From Sedimentisphaerales bacterium (GTDB lineage: Bacteria; Planctomycetota; Phycisphaerae; Sedimentisphaerales; Anaerobacaceae), in NCBI GenBank assembly GCA_963708075.1, contig OY970194.1, forward strand, positions 5,920,001-5,984,000: a stretch of 64,000 nucleotides of DNA. Direction: 5' to 3'. This document shows positions 21,740 through 33,164 of this stretch, piece by piece; the first letter of the stretch is position 1, and the number at the start of each line of letters is the position of its first letter. Made by a program: the position numbers and the translations under genes. Below the pieces are notes generated by a model, which was not told the origin of the DNA, made no database searches, and worked only from the letters and a program-made list of their open reading frames with translations.

Positions 21740-22800
21740 AGCAGCATGGGGATGCTCACGTCGTAGGGGGGGCCTTCCAGGGCGGCGTCGAGAATCATCT
21801 GGATCAATTGCGCGTAGCTGATACCGGCCCTGTCGGCGGATCGCGCCAGGGCCACGCCTTCCTCCAGCGAAGCGTTGCAGTTGACCTCCAGGACCCGTGG
21901 CTGGCCGGTCTCGTCGAGCCGGATATCGACGCGGCCGTAGCCCCAGGCGCCGACCGCTCGCCAGGCACGCAGGGCAATGTCGCTGACCTGGCGAGCCAGC
22001 TCGGGCTCCACGGCCGCCGGACAGATCACCGAGGTCTTCTTGTATTCCACGGACGTCTCGATCCACTTAGCGGCGTACGACATGATCGGCGGGATATCCG
22101 AAGGCAGCTCTTCATAGTTGACCTCGGCCAGAGGCATCACCCGGGCGCGTTTGCCGCCCACGATGCCCACGTTGAATTCACGCCCGGGCAGAAAGAGCTG
22201 GGCCAGCGCCGGCTGGCTGTACGTCTGCACGATCCGACGCACCTGCTCGCGCAGGGCTTTCTTCGATTGCACGATCGAATCCCGATCCAGGCCGATGCCC
22301 GCGTGCTCCTGGCTGGGCTGAACGATGAGAGGGAACCGCCACTCGTACCGGTCCACGTCGCCCACCCTCTCCAACAGCTCCGTGCAGGGCGGAATCGGAA
22401 TCCCCGTCCCGTGGAGGAGACTGGCGGACATGTGTTTGTACCGGCTCAATCCCAGGGCCAGCGCGGACGAGCCGGTGAGCGGAAAGCCCATCATCCGTAC
22501 CATTGCGGCGAATCGCATCTCGTAGAGCGCACCGTGAACGACATCGTCATACTGATTGAACACCGCATCGGGGCTCAGGCGACGCAATTTTCGCTGGAAC
22601 GCAAAGAGGTCATGGGCCAACGGCACGACGGTGACCTGATGCCCCAGCGATCTCAACACGCGAGCCATGTCGCGGATCATGTGCCTCAGATCCGCTGTGC
22701 TGCCTCGATCTTCCGGCGTGTCCGGGATGATTCCCGCGTCGGCGTTGTACACCAAAGCCACGTGGAGAGACTTGCGAGATCGTCTGGATCGCTTCGGCAT
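21736..22800 (-). CDS. D-Ala-D-Ala ligase-like ATP-grasp protein
   Basis: PLTGSS, FLPGREFNVG, GYGRVDIR, LEVNCN. Confidence 0.8.
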   Translation of the reverse strand: MPKRSRRSRKSLHVALVYNADAGIIPDTPEDRGSTADLRHMIRDMARVLRSLGHQVTVVPLAHDLFAFQRKLRRLSPDAVFNQYDDVVHGALYEMRFAAMVRMMGFPLTGSSALALGLSRYKHMSASLLHGTGIPIPPCTELLERVGDVDRYEWRFPLIVQPSQEHAGIGLDRDSIVQSKKALREQVRRIVQTYSQPALAQLFLPGREFNVGIVGGKRARVMPLAEVNYEELPSDIPPIMSYAAKWIETSVEYKKTSVICPAAVEPELARQVSDIALRAWRAVGAWGYGRVDIRLDETGQPRVLEVNCNASLEEGVALARSADRAGISYAQLIQMILDAALEGPPYDVSIPMLL

Positions 22801-23112
22801 CGCTTCGTCCTTACACTTGCTGATCGGTCGCCCGAGGTTACACTCTCTCGGGATCTACGGAACCCACACCCCAAACATGCCGGTGTTGCCGGTGGCTGGC
22901 AAAACTGCATCCGAGACACTCACGGCCTCCGCATTATGGCTGCCCACGTGCGAACTGTCAACCGGATCGCCACGATATCTTCGGCCTCCATACCCTGATC
23001 GACTGCCCACGGTTCGGCAATTCCTCGGCCGAGGCTTCCACGACGCTCGGCTTGACACTATAATCGCGCCCGGTGACATCGTAATAACAAAGATGCCGAT
23101 GAGAGGTACCGC

Positions 23113-24792
23113 ATGAGAAAGCGTCTGTTCCCGTGGTCTGTGACGTTGTGGCTTGTTCTGTGTGCAGGCTGCGCCGTGGATTCCCGGCGGGACGAGGGAG
23201 CCCGGATCGTCCGGGAGCACGTGGCGAAGGTCGAGCCGGTGGCGAGGCGGGCGAATCTGACGTATTGGGAGGCGGCCACCACGGGCAAAGCGGAGAAGTT
23301 CCAGGAGTACGCACAGCTCCAGTTGCAGATTCGACGGATCTACAGCGATCCGAACGAGTTCGCCCGTGTCAAGGCGCTGCGGAAATCCGGCATTCGTGAC
23401 CCCCGGCTGGCTCGGCAGGTAGACAAGCTGTACTACGCATACCTTCAGAACCAGGTCGAGCCCGACCTGCTCAAGGGGATCGTGGAGCTCGATACGCAGG
23501 TGCAGGAGGCGTACAACAACTATCGAGCCACGATCGATGGCCGTAAGGTCACGATGAGCGACATTTACACAACCCTGACGACGGACGCGGATTGCGGCAA
23601 ACGCGAGGCGGCGTGGCGGGCCAGCAGGCAGGTCGGCAACGTGATCGTCGAGGATTTCCTGAGGCTCGTCAGGCTGAGGAACCAGGCGGCCCGGCGGCTT
23701 GGCTTCGACAACTTCCACACGATGACCATCGTCGCCGGCGAGCAGAATGTGAAAGAGCTTGACCGCATATTCGACGAGCTGGACCGACTGACCCGCAAGC
23801 CCTTCCTTGGGATGAAGAAAGAACTCGATGGGATTCTCGCTAAGAGCTACGGGATCACGCCGGAGGAGCTCATGCCGTGGCATTATCACGATCCGTTCTT
23901 TCAGCGGACGCCGCTCGTTTATGAGCTGGACCTCGATCAGTACTACAAGGGACGGGACGTGAAGGAGCTTTCACGACGGTACTACGCGAGTGTCGGCCTG
24001 CCCATTGACGACATCCTGGCACGCAGCGATCTGTATGATCGTGAGGGCAAATATCCGCACGCGTTCAGCCACGACGTGGATCGCAGCGGCGACGTTCGCG
24101 TCCTCGCCAACCTGCAGGACACGGAGCGATGGATGGAGACGCTTCTGCACGAGCTGGGCCATGCGGTCTATGACAGGTACCACGATCCGAACGAGCCGTG
24201 GCTGCTGCGCGAGCCGGCGCATGCGTTCACCACGGAGGCGATTGCGATGTTCTTCGGCCGGCTTAGCCGCAACGCCTCGTGGATGCAGCAGATGCTCAAT
24301 CTATCCGATGAAGAGACGGCGAGAATCAGACAGGTCAGCGAGCGATACCTGCGCTTCCAGCAGGTCCTGTTCGTCCGCTGGGCACTGGTCATGTACCACT
24401 TCGAGAAGGCCCTGTACGCCGACCCGGACCAGGACTTGAACAACCTGTGGTGGGACCTCGTGGAGAAGTATCAGCTAGTCAGGCGTCCGCCGGGTGCGGC
24501 CGATGCGGGCTGGCTCTCCAAGCTGCACTTCACGACCGCCCCGTGCTATTATCACAACTACATGCTCGGCGAATTGCTGGCCTCTCAACTGCACGATCAC
24601 ATCGTGCACAAGGTGTTAAAGCTTGAATCGGACGAGGGTCTCAGCTATGTTGGCGACCAGCGCGTAGGTCGGTACCTGCGCGAAAACGTGTTCGGCCCCG
24701 GCGCCCGCTACTCCTGGAATGAGATGATCGTCCGGGCCACGGGCCGGCCGCTATCGCCAAAGTATTTTGTCGAGCAGTTTGTGAGCCCATGA
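23113..24792 (+). CDS. M2/M3-family metallopeptidase (probable lipoprotein)
   Basis: LLHELGH, TEAIAM, YYHNYMLGE; signal peptide ending CAGC. Confidence 0.82.
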   Translation: MRKRLFPWSVTLWLVLCAGCAVDSRRDEGARIVREHVAKVEPVARRANLTYWEAATTGKAEKFQEYAQLQLQIRRIYSDPNEFARVKALRKSGIRDPRLARQVDKLYYAYLQNQVEPDLLKGIVELDTQVQEAYNNYRATIDGRKVTMSDIYTTLTTDADCGKREAAWRASRQVGNVIVEDFLRLVRLRNQAARRLGFDNFHTMTIVAGEQNVKELDRIFDELDRLTRKPFLGMKKELDGILAKSYGITPEELMPWHYHDPFFQRTPLVYELDLDQYYKGRDVKELSRRYYASVGLPIDDILARSDLYDREGKYPHAFSHDVDRSGDVRVLANLQDTERWMETLLHELGHAVYDRYHDPNEPWLLREPAHAFTTEAIAMFFGRLSRNASWMQQMLNLSDEETARIRQVSERYLRFQQVLFVRWALVMYHFEKALYADPDQDLNNLWWDLVEKYQLVRRPPGAADAGWLSKLHFTTAPCYYHNYMLGELLASQLHDHIVHKVLKLESDEGLSYVGDQRVGRYLRENVFGPGARYSWNEMIVRATGRPLSPKYFVEQFVSP

Positions 24793-26239
24793 TTTACCTG
24801 ATTGCCGTTTTAGCCTATCTTCTCGTCCTGACCGGAATCGGAATCTACAAGTCGCGCCAGGTCAAGACGCAGGCGGATTTCTCGGTGGCGGGCCGGTCGC
24901 TGTCGCCGTGGATCCTGGTTTGTACGATGCTGGCGGCCTGGATCGGCACGGGCTCGATCGTGGGCAACGCCGGCATGACGTACGAGAGCGGTCTGGCCGC
25001 CCTGATTCTGCCCATCGGCAGCGTGATCGGCATGATCCTGCTGACCCGGGTCGCGCCGCGGGCCCGCAGCTACGAGGTCTATTCCGTCCCCGAGATCATC
25101 GGCTCCCGCTACGGCCAGACCGCCCGACTGCTGGCCGTGCTGGCCCTGGTGCTCGCGTACATGGTCATCGTCAGCTACCAGTTCAACGCGCTTGGGGCCG
25201 TCCTCAACGCCATCCTGACCGACAAGGCCGGCAATCCGATTATCTCTGAGAAAATCGGGACGATCATCGCGGCGGTATTCATCATCACCTATACGGTCCT
25301 CGCCGGCCTCTTGAGCCTCGCCTACACCGATATCGTGACGGGGATCATCATCACCGTCTCGCTCATCCTTGCCTTTCCCGTCTTGTGGGGCCAGGCCGGT
25401 GGCTGGAGCGGCATGGAGGCCGGCTTCACGGCCATGGGCAAGTCCGAGCACATGAAATTCTGGGGCGTCTTCAGTCCCGCCCAGATCATCAACTACACGC
25501 TGCCGGTCTTTCTGCTGATCATGGGCGACGCCAATCAGTATCAGCGGTTCTTCGCGAGCAAGAGCGCCAGGGCGCCAAGAACGCCGTCACGTTCATGGTG
25601 TTCGCCGTGCTGGTGATCGAGAGCCTGATCATCCTGGAGGCCTGGATCGCCTCCAGCCTGATGCCGAACGCCGCAGTCGGCAAGTATGTCCTGATCTATG
25701 CCGCGAAGGATTACATGCCGATTGTCCTGGGCATGCTCTTCATGGTCACCATCGTCGGCATCATCATCTCGACCGCGGACTCGTTCCTTCTGATCCCGGC
25801 GACTTGTCTCATCCGCGACGTCTATCTGAACTACATCAACCCGAAGGCGTCGGATAGGAGGACCGTGCTCCTCAGCCGTTTGCTGGTGCTGTTCCTTGGC
25901 GTTGTTGCTTACGCTGTTTCACTGTCCTTCGCCCGTTCGACCACGATATTTCACAGGGCCATGTATGCGTACACGATCTACGGAGCGGCGATCACGCCGT
26001 GCCTGGTAGCCGCGCTGTTCTGGAAGCGAGCGACAACAACCGGCGCCATCGCATCCATCGTCGGCGGGACTGTGACGGCGTTGGTCTGGTCGAGTGTGAA
26101 TTTCGGCGACAGTGCTTCGTTCAAGTGGCTGGCGGAGCTCGATGCGGTGCTGCCGGCGATTACGGTCTCCGTGCTTGGCCTGGTTGTCGGCAGTCTGCTG
26201 ACCGAAAGAAAGCCGTCGCTGCTTGTGGCCTGCGAGTGA
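24789..26239 (+). CDS. Sodium:solute symporter (PutP-like), frameshift at ~25570
   Basis: DFSVAGRSL, WIGTGS, YQRFFAS, ISTADS. ORFs 24789..25616 and 25385..26239 join if one base is added near GCCAGGGC. Confidence 0.85.
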
Positions 26240-26242
26240 CGT

Positions 26243-27622
26243 ATGTTCGCCAGAGAAACCTACATCCAAAGGAGAGAACGGCTCAAGGCCCAGGTTTCAT
26301 CAGGGCTCATTCTGCTGCCGGGCAACGAGGAATCGCCGATGAACTATGCGGCGAACCCGTATCCATTCCGGCAGGACAGCACGTTCCTGTATTTCTTTGG
26401 GCTGGACCAGCCGGGTTTGGCGGCTGTGATCGATGTCGAGGAGGGCACGGAGTGTGTCTTCGGCGACGATCCGACCGTCGAAGAGATCGTGTGGACGGGC
26501 CCTGTGCCGCTGCTGCGCGACAGATGCAGCCGCGTGGGTGTGACGCAGACGGCTCCGAGCGATAAATTGCAGCAAGTCCTGAACGAGGCCGCCCGGCAGG
26601 GAAGGACGATCCACTTTCCCCCTCAATACCGCGCAGAGAACATCCGGAAGATCAATCAGTTGTGGAGCCCGAAGGCTCCTCCTGCACCTTCGCCGGCGCT
26701 CATCAAGGCGGTCGTTCAGCAAAGATCGATCAAGTCGGGGGAGGAGATCGAGCAGATCGAGGCGGCCCTCGATATCTCCCGGCAAATGCACATCACCGCG
26801 ATGCAGATGGCTCGGCCGGGCGTGGTCGAGCGGGAAGTGGCGGGGGCGATGGAGGGGATCGCGATATCCAATGGCGTACGGTTGGCGTATTCCGCCATCT
26901 TCTCCACCCATGGCGAGACGATGCACAATCCCTACTATGACAACGTGTTGAAGGCCGGCGATATCGTCGTCAACGACTCCGGTGCCGAGTCGCCGCTGCA
27001 CTACGCCAGTGACATCACGCGGACCATTCCCATCGGCGGCCGGTTCTCGCCGCGACAGGGAGAGATCTACTCCATCGTGCTCGATGCGCAGCAGAAAGCC
27101 CTCGGTTTGGCAAAGCCTGGAATCGAGTGGCGCGAGGTCCACCGATTGGCCGCCGTCGCTCTGATGGAAGGCCTCAAGGGACTTGGACTGATTCGGGGCG
27201 ACCCGGAGGAGGCGGTGGCGGCGGGGGCGCACACGATGTTTCTGCCCTGCGGCGTCGGTCACATGATGGGACTCGACGTGCACGACATGGAGGCGCTCGG
27301 CGAGGACTACGTCGGCTATACAGACACAATCAAGCGCAATCCGGAATTCGGCTGGCGCTACCTGCGGCTGGCCAAAGCCATTGAGCCGGGTTTCGTCATC
27401 ACGGTCGAGCCGGGCATCTACTTCATCCCGCAGCTTATCGACCAATGGCGAGCGGAAGACAAGTGCGGCCGGTTCATCAACTACGACAAGGTCGAGGAGT
27501 ATCGGGATTTCCACGGCATCCGGATTGAAGACAACATTGTAGTGACCGCCGACGGCTGCCGCGTCCTTGGCCGGCCGATCCCCAAGACCATCGAAGAAGT
27601 CGAAGCCATGACCTCCATGTGA
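26243..27622 (+). CDS. pepP: Xaa-Pro aminopeptidase (M24B)
   Basis: [40 protein letters not shown]. Confidence 0.9.
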   Translation: MFARETYIQRRERLKAQVSSGLILLPGNEESPMNYAANPYPFRQDSTFLYFFGLDQPGLAAVIDVEEGTECVFGDDPTVEEIVWTGPVPLLRDRCSRVGVTQTAPSDKLQQVLNEAARQGRTIHFPPQYRAENIRKINQLWSPKAPPAPSPALIKAVVQQRSIKSGEEIEQIEAALDISRQMHITAMQMARPGVVEREVAGAMEGIAISNGVRLAYSAIFSTHGETMHNPYYDNVLKAGDIVVNDSGAESPLHYASDITRTIPIGGRFSPRQGEIYSIVLDAQQKALGLAKPGIEWREVHRLAAVALMEGLKGLGLIRGDPEEAVAAGAHTMFLPCGVGHMMGLDVHDMEALGEDYVGYTDTIKRNPEFGWRYLRLAKAIEPGFVITVEPGIYFIPQLIDQWRAEDKCGRFINYDKVEEYRDFHGIRIEDNIVVTADGCRVLGRPIPKTIEEVEAMTSM

Positions 27623-27630
27623 GGAGCACT

Positions 27631-28698
27631 ATGCCCAGAACGAAGATCATCGCCACGCTGGGGCCCGCCAGCGGCAGCTATACCGTACTGCGCAAGATGG
27701 TGACGGCCGGCCTCGATGTCGTGCGGCTGAATTTCTCGCACGGCAGCCGTGACGAGCATGTCGAGCGGATTAAACTGATCCGCCGGATCAACAAGAAGTA
27801 CCGGCGCGCGATCAAGATCATGCAGGACCTCGAAGGATTTCGCATCCGCATCGGGCGGTTCAAAGGCTCCGAGACGCGCGAGTTGAAGGACCATTCCACC
27901 GTCTGGCTGACGAACGAGGCGGCGGTGGACGGTCCCAAGACGATCCCCTTCGATTACCACGGGGACTTGAGCCGGATCAAGCCCGGGCAAATGGTGTATA
28001 TCGACGATGGGAACCTTGCCCTGCGCGTCAAAGAGGTCAGTGGGGGCAGCCTCAAGGCCGTTGTGGTCGAAGGCGGCATCCTCAAGGAGAGAAAAGGCAT
28101 CAACATGCCCGGGGCGGACCTCGACTTCGACGGCCTGACCAAGAAGGACAAGGCGGACATTGAGTTCGGCATCGAGCACAAGGTGGATTACATCGCGCTG
28201 TCATTCGTACGCGATGCGAAAGATGTACGAGAGGCCGCCGCGCTGATCAAGCCGAGCCTGCCCGACTGCCAGATCGTGGCGAAGGTCGAGAGCCGCCAGG
28301 CGATCCGCAACATCAATGCCATTATCGCTGCCGCCGATGGAATCATGATCGCCCGCGGGGACATGGGCGTCGCGATCCCGATCTACGAAGTCCCCATCGT
28401 GCAGAAGCAGATCATCCGGAAGTGCAACGCCGCGGGCAAGTTCGTCATCACGGCCACGCAGATGCTCGAGCACATGACCGAGCACAGCCGGCCCACCCGG
28501 GCCGAAGCCACCGACGTGGCCAACGCCATCCTCGACGGCACGGACTTCGTCATGCTCTCGGCCGAGAGCGCCGTCGGCCGCTTCCCCTGTGAATCCGTGC
28601 AAATGATGAACGACATCATCAAATTCACGGAGCAGGCCGTGGAGGCCGGCCTGTGTTCTTCCCGACCCCCAGCGCTCACGCACAAGCGGAGAGCTTGA
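27631..28698 (+). CDS. pyk: Pyruvate kinase (short form without the C-terminal domain)
   Basis: [53 protein letters not shown]. Ends soon after the barrel domain. Confidence 0.92.
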   Translation: MPRTKIIATLGPASGSYTVLRKMVTAGLDVVRLNFSHGSRDEHVERIKLIRRINKKYRRAIKIMQDLEGFRIRIGRFKGSETRELKDHSTVWLTNEAAVDGPKTIPFDYHGDLSRIKPGQMVYIDDGNLALRVKEVSGGSLKAVVVEGGILKERKGINMPGADLDFDGLTKKDKADIEFGIEHKVDYIALSFVRDAKDVREAAALIKPSLPDCQIVAKVESRQAIRNINAIIAAADGIMIARGDMGVAIPIYEVPIVQKQIIRKCNAAGKFVITATQMLEHMTEHSRPTRAEATDVANAILDGTDFVMLSAESAVGRFPCESVQMMNDIIKFTEQAVEAGLCSSRPPALTHKRRA

Positions 28699-30664
28699 GG
28701 ACCTTGCTCAGTGCGGAGAGGGTGAAGAGGAGCGGATACAACTCTTCGAAGTACCAGAGCCGGGCGAAGTACAGGCCGATGGGGGAGGCGGGGGTGGAGT
28801 GGCCCAGGTACGTGTGCGCGATCAGCCAGTCGGCGCCGCGCTGTATCGCTTCGAGTGCGGAATGCGGAGTGCGGAGTGCGGAATGAAGCAAAGCCGTTGC
28901 GAGAGCATCGACCGCCAGCGCTGTCTCCTCGATAGATGATGTGACGGAGGCGGCGCCGCCCCACCCTCCGTCGGAATTCTGTGCGTTCAAGAGCCACCCG
29001 GCCGCATGCTCCTGCATGGCATGAAGCTGCTCCAAATCCACTCCGCATTCCGCAATCCGCAATCCGCAATTGACCAGGTGGGTCATCGCCCGGCTTGTCC
29101 CATACACCGGGTTCTCCTGGCTCGGCGCGAGTTGATTGCCAAACCATAACGGCACCCACGAGCCGTCGGTCCGCTGAGCGTCACGCATATACCGCAAGGC
29201 TCTCGATATCGATTTGCCGGTCCGGCCGCGCAGCGGAGCCGGCAGCGCGTCCAGCCAAACGCTCATGGCGGCGATGGCGTGGGCCGTAATGTCGGGCGTG
29301 CTCTTGTCGAAGGGCAGCTTCGTCCAGCCCCGGCAAAACGTGGGAATGCCGCCGTTGCTGTTCTGAAGGCCCAGGAGCCAGTCGACGCCGGAGACGATTG
29401 CGGAATGCGGAATGCGGAATGCGGATTCGCTCACGCCCGACGATAGTGCGTGCAACGCGATTAGCGCCCCGGCGGTATCGTCCCCATCTGGAACAGCACC
29501 AGGCAGATTCGACCAGCCCCACCCTCCCGGCTCGGCGTGCGTGTAGGGATGCACATCCTGATGCCGGCAGGACAGGAGCCATCGAACCAATTGATTTCGG
29601 ATTGGGTCACTCGCCTCTACTCCGCATTCCGCATTCCGCATTCCGCATTCGAACGCGGCGTTTATCGCCAGCGTCGTGACCCACGTGGCAAGGTTCGTGT
29701 CGATGGGCCAGCTTCCGTCTTCGCGAATCGAGGCGGTCAGGAACTCGACGCCTTTTCTCGTTACTTCGTGGTTCGCACGCCCGGAGGCCGCCAGGCTCAT
29801 GACGACGAATGATGTCAGTGGCGCGGCTTCGAGGAATCCGCCGTTCTCGGGCTGGAGCGTTGTAAGGACCTTGAGGCTCTTCTCGCGGGAAAGACCGCGC
29901 ACGAGTCTTGTGAGCGGATTGCCCGGCTTGAGATGCTCGTATCGAGCCTGACCGATGGCGATCAGCGCCGGCAGGGCGTAGCTGACAACGGGCAGCCGGA
30001 GCCACTTGTAAAGGCGATGCGGAAGCACGGCCAGCTCGAATGGCAACGGCCGAACCAGCCGCCACGCGTCACTTCCCGCGCCCAATCGGCCAGACAGTGC
30101 GGCCATTGTCAGGATCGGCACGGAGAACGTCCGGTCCTTGCCGTACTGCTGTTCCACCGCCTTGGCCAGAGCCTGCGGCTCCAGAGTGCCCGCCTTGCCG
30201 CGGAGCCACGATTCTGCCTTGTGAGTTGCCGGTACCAATTTCGGATTGCGGGGGGTGGCAGCGTCAAGCGCAGCTTGGCGATGGCTTCCCACGAATGTGG
30301 CAGAACCATCGCCAAGGCCTTCGGCCTTGACGCTGCCACCCGCTGAAGTCCTCGGTCCACAATCAACGGCCAGGGCCGAGTAACAAAGCAGCGTGGTGCT
30401 CAGATTGCTTGGGCTTTGCACGGTGTCGCCCCAGCCGCCGTCGGCGTTCTGATGGTTGCAGAGCCAGTGCAGGCCGCGCTCGATGAGCGACCGGTGTTTC
30501 TCGCTATCGGCAGTGGCCAGGGCGAAAACCGCGGTCGCTGTCGATAGCGCGCTGCTGGACAGATGCCCCTCCCAGAAGCCCTGCGGATTCCGGGCGGCCA
30601 GCAGCCTCTCTCGCAAGGCCGCGATTGTGGTGTGCAGAGCATCGTTGTCGATTGGCGAAGTCAT
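28676..30664 (-). CDS. Squalene-hopene cyclase-like class II terpene cyclase
   Basis: DGDDTA (DxDDTA) protonation motif; QW repeats [23 protein letters not shown]; WxPLWFG. Confidence 0.85.
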   Translation of the reverse strand: MTSPIDNDALHTTIAALRERLLAARNPQGFWEGHLSSSALSTATAVFALATADSEKHRSLIERGLHWLCNHQNADGGWGDTVQSPSNLSTTLLCYSALAVDCGPRTSAGGSVKAEGLGDGSATFVGSHRQAALDAATPRNPKLVPATHKAESWLRGKAGTLEPQALAKAVEQQYGKDRTFSVPILTMAALSGRLGAGSDAWRLVRPLPFELAVLPHRLYKWLRLPVVSYALPALIAIGQARYEHLKPGNPLTRLVRGLSREKSLKVLTTLQPENGGFLEAAPLTSFVVMSLAASGRANHEVTRKGVEFLTASIREDGSWPIDTNLATWVTTLAINAAFECGMRNAECGVEASDPIRNQLVRWLLSCRHQDVHPYTHAEPGGWGWSNLPGAVPDGDDTAGALIALHALSSGVSESAFRIPHSAIVSGVDWLLGLQNSNGGIPTFCRGWTKLPFDKSTPDITAHAIAAMSVWLDALPAPLRGRTGKSISRALRYMRDAQRTDGSWVPLWFGNQLAPSQENPVYGTSRAMTHLVNCGLRIAECGVDLEQLHAMQEHAAGWLLNAQNSDGGWGGAASVTSSIEETALAVDALATALLHSALRTPHSALEAIQRGADWLIAHTYLGHSTPASPIGLYFARLWYFEELYPLLFTLSALSKVLKLSACA

Positions 30665-31563
30665 TTGGCAAGGCAGCCCAGCGAGAGCAGACCGTAATAT
30701 GTGTATTCGCAGTCCACAACATCATCGGCCCAGTGGCCGCGGAATCCACCCTGTGAGGTCCACAGGGTATCCAAGTAATCCAGGTGCTTTTCCCTTGTGT
30801 CATCCGCCAGGGCCCCGGCCAGAGACAGCGCGTGCAGGGCGGTGGCGGTCGAGAGCAGATCAGGGATCAGGGGCCCCGTGGGCAGACGAATCGCTGTGAA
30901 TCCGCCCTGCGGGTGCGCCTGCTCCCGCAGCCAGTGGACGGCAGAGTCGGGGATGGCGCGATCCATGTAGTGGAGGATGCAAATCGCGGCGGCGGTTGCG
31001 GCCGTGGCACTTGCAGTCATCGTGGCCTCGTTCGCGTAGCCGCCATCGGGCATTTGCAGGGACTGGATGGATGCGGCCATGCCATCCGGATTGGGACAAT
31101 CGATGCCGAGGTCTTGGAAGGCGCCCAGAGCGAGAAAACTGCCATACGCACTGCCTCGCTCCGCGTGGGCGGCCGCGTTGAATCCGCCGTCCTGAGCTTT
31201 GTACAACTGCAAATGCTCCGCCATGTCCCGGCGTGTCCGGGCGTCCATGGCCTCGCCGCAAATGCCGGATATGTTCGCTCGGCAGCGAGCCAGGCAGGCG
31301 AGGTGCACGAAGTCCAGGGACTCGCCCGTACCGAAGCGGCCCAGGTAATCGGCGACGCGGTCACAGGGAACGCCGGCCTCCAATGCCAGCGATGCTTCCA
31401 GCCCAAAGACGGTGTAGTACAGGTCGCTGCGTCCGTCCCGGCCCTGAAAGCCTCCATCCGGGGCAAGCTGCCGGCGAAGAAAGGCCCTCGCCGCATCCGC
31501 GGATTCACCGAGAGCTTCACTCGCTCTATTCACAGCCCGACGCATGTCCAGCCTGATCGTCAT
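30661..31563 (-). CDS. Prenyltransferase/squalene oxidase repeat protein
   Basis: DGGFQGRDGRSDLYYT, QxPDGGY, DLLSTATAL, DCEYTYYGLL. Stop overlaps the cyclase start. Confidence 0.8.
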   Translation of the reverse strand: MTIRLDMRRAVNRASEALGESADAARAFLRRQLAPDGGFQGRDGRSDLYYTVFGLEASLALEAGVPCDRVADYLGRFGTGESLDFVHLACLARCRANISGICGEAMDARTRRDMAEHLQLYKAQDGGFNAAAHAERGSAYGSFLALGAFQDLGIDCPNPDGMAASIQSLQMPDGGYANEATMTASATAATAAAICILHYMDRAIPDSAVHWLREQAHPQGGFTAIRLPTGPLIPDLLSTATALHALSLAGALADDTREKHLDYLDTLWTSQGGFRGHWADDVVDCEYTYYGLLSLGCLAK

Positions 31564-31638
31564 CGCGGCAGTTCCCGCATCAACTCTTGCCTGGTTCGGT
31601 TTCGTCCATTCTGTTGTAGCACTCCTGGAGTATTGAGT

Positions 31639-31730
31639 GGGTGGCACGGGCAAACTCGTTTGCCCGTGGGGCCTCGGATGGACCGACCCAATCGAAACAG
31701 CACCGTCAAACGAGTCTGGCGGTGCCACCC
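31639..31730. repeat. Palindromic REP-like element (GGGTGGCAC...GTGCCACCC)
   Basis: Terminal inverted repeat; same family as 705-787. Confidence 0.7.
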
Positions 31731-31768
31731 GCTAAGGATACTACCGGGTTTTGAACCGTGCCTCAACG

Positions 31769-33133
31769 TTATGCCGGTCCATTGGGCGATGCCGGCGGCA
31801 CTGCGACGCTCGTTTGCCCTGTCATTTCCTCGGGCTCACCGCCGGCGACCTGAAGTGCGACGATGATCTGCCCCGCCTCGCGGTGCAACGCCGGCAGACG
31901 CCACCCGAATATCAGGGCCGCCATGATGCAGGCTGTGCCGCCGATGGCAACCGTCGCCGGGGCGCCGAGATGGTCTGCCAGTGTGCCGGCCAGGAGCGAG
32001 CCAAAGGGAACCATGCCCAGGAACATCATCGAGTACACGGCCATCACCCGCCCGCGCAGGTGGTCTGGAACCAGGGACTGAATGAGCGTGTTCGCCGAGG
32101 CCAGCCCGATCATCATGGAGAATCCGGCGGGCAAAAGCAGGGTGGCAGACAGCCAGAATGAGCGAGAGCATGAGAACAGGATCAAGCTTGCCCCGAAACC
32201 CACCGCCGCAAGTGCCATCCAGTGGCCCAGGCCTTGAATGTTCTTTTTCGCCGCCAGTACAAGGGCTCCCATCAGGGCGCCGAATCCCGATGCCCCCATC
32301 AGTATTCCATACCCCCGCGATCCGCCGTGCAGAATCTGATCGGCGAAGATCGGCATGAGCACGGCGTAAGGCACTCCCAAAAGGCTGACGAGCCCGACCA
32401 GCAACAGCAAGGCGCGAACCGGTCTCGTCCGTTGGATGTAGCGGAACCCTTCGATGATGCTGCCGATGGTTGAGCCGGCACGCGAGGCGTGCGTTTGGGC
32501 AATCCCGGTCATCATCACAAGCCCGACAATCACGGCAATGAAGCTGATACCATTGGCCAGGAAACACCAGCCTTCACCGATGCTCGCGACCAGGACGCCC
32601 GCCACCGCCGGCCCGACCATGCGTGCGCCGTTAATCATCAATGAATTCAGAGCGATGGCGTTGATGAGGTCCTCTCTGCCCACCATGTCCATGACAAATG
32701 CCTGCCGCGTCGGAATGTCGAACGCGTTGACCACGCCAAGGAAACCGGCGAGCCCGAACACGTGCCAGACCTGCACGTAGCCCGTGAGCGTGAGAGCCGC
32801 CAGAGTAAAGGCGAGGACCATGGCCGCGGTCTGCGTGCCAATGACGATGCAGCGGCGACTGTATCGATCGGCGGTGGAACCCCCGATCAGGCTCAGCAGG
32901 AGGACCGGAATCTGACTGGAGAATGCGACAAATCCCAGCAGTCGCGCCGAGCCGGTCAACCTGTACACCAGCCAGGACTGTGCCGCGGCCTGCATCCACG
33001 TGCCGGTGAGCGAGGTGAACTGCCCTGCAAAGAACAGTTGATAGTTGCGGTGTCGAAGGGCACGCAGCAGGAATGGAATTCCCTTCGACCGCGAGGACTG
33101 CGGGTCCACAGATGCCTTCGCTTGCCCGCCCAT
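31769..33133 (-). CDS. MFS transporter (MFS_3/DHA3-like)
   Basis: ALRHRNYQLFFAGQ, ADRYSRR, PTRQAF, LRGRVMAVY; about 12 TM helices. Start uncertain. Confidence 0.88.
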   Translation of the reverse strand: MGGQAKASVDPQSSRSKGIPFLLRALRHRNYQLFFAGQFTSLTGTWMQAAAQSWLVYRLTGSARLLGFVAFSSQIPVLLLSLIGGSTADRYSRRCIVIGTQTAAMVLAFTLAALTLTGYVQVWHVFGLAGFLGVVNAFDIPTRQAFVMDMVGREDLINAIALNSLMINGARMVGPAVAGVLVASIGEGWCFLANGISFIAVIVGLVMMTGIAQTHASRAGSTIGSIIEGFRYIQRTRPVRALLLLVGLVSLLGVPYAVLMPIFADQILHGGSRGYGILMGASGFGALMGALVLAAKKNIQGLGHWMALAAVGFGASLILFSCSRSFWLSATLLLPAGFSMMIGLASANTLIQSLVPDHLRGRVMAVYSMMFLGMVPFGSLLAGTLADHLGAPATVAIGGTACIMAALIFGWRLPALHREAGQIIVALQVAGGEPEEMTGQTSVAVPPASPNGPA

Positions 33134-33164
33134 GTCACGATTCTCGTTGCCCACGTCTGTTGCC

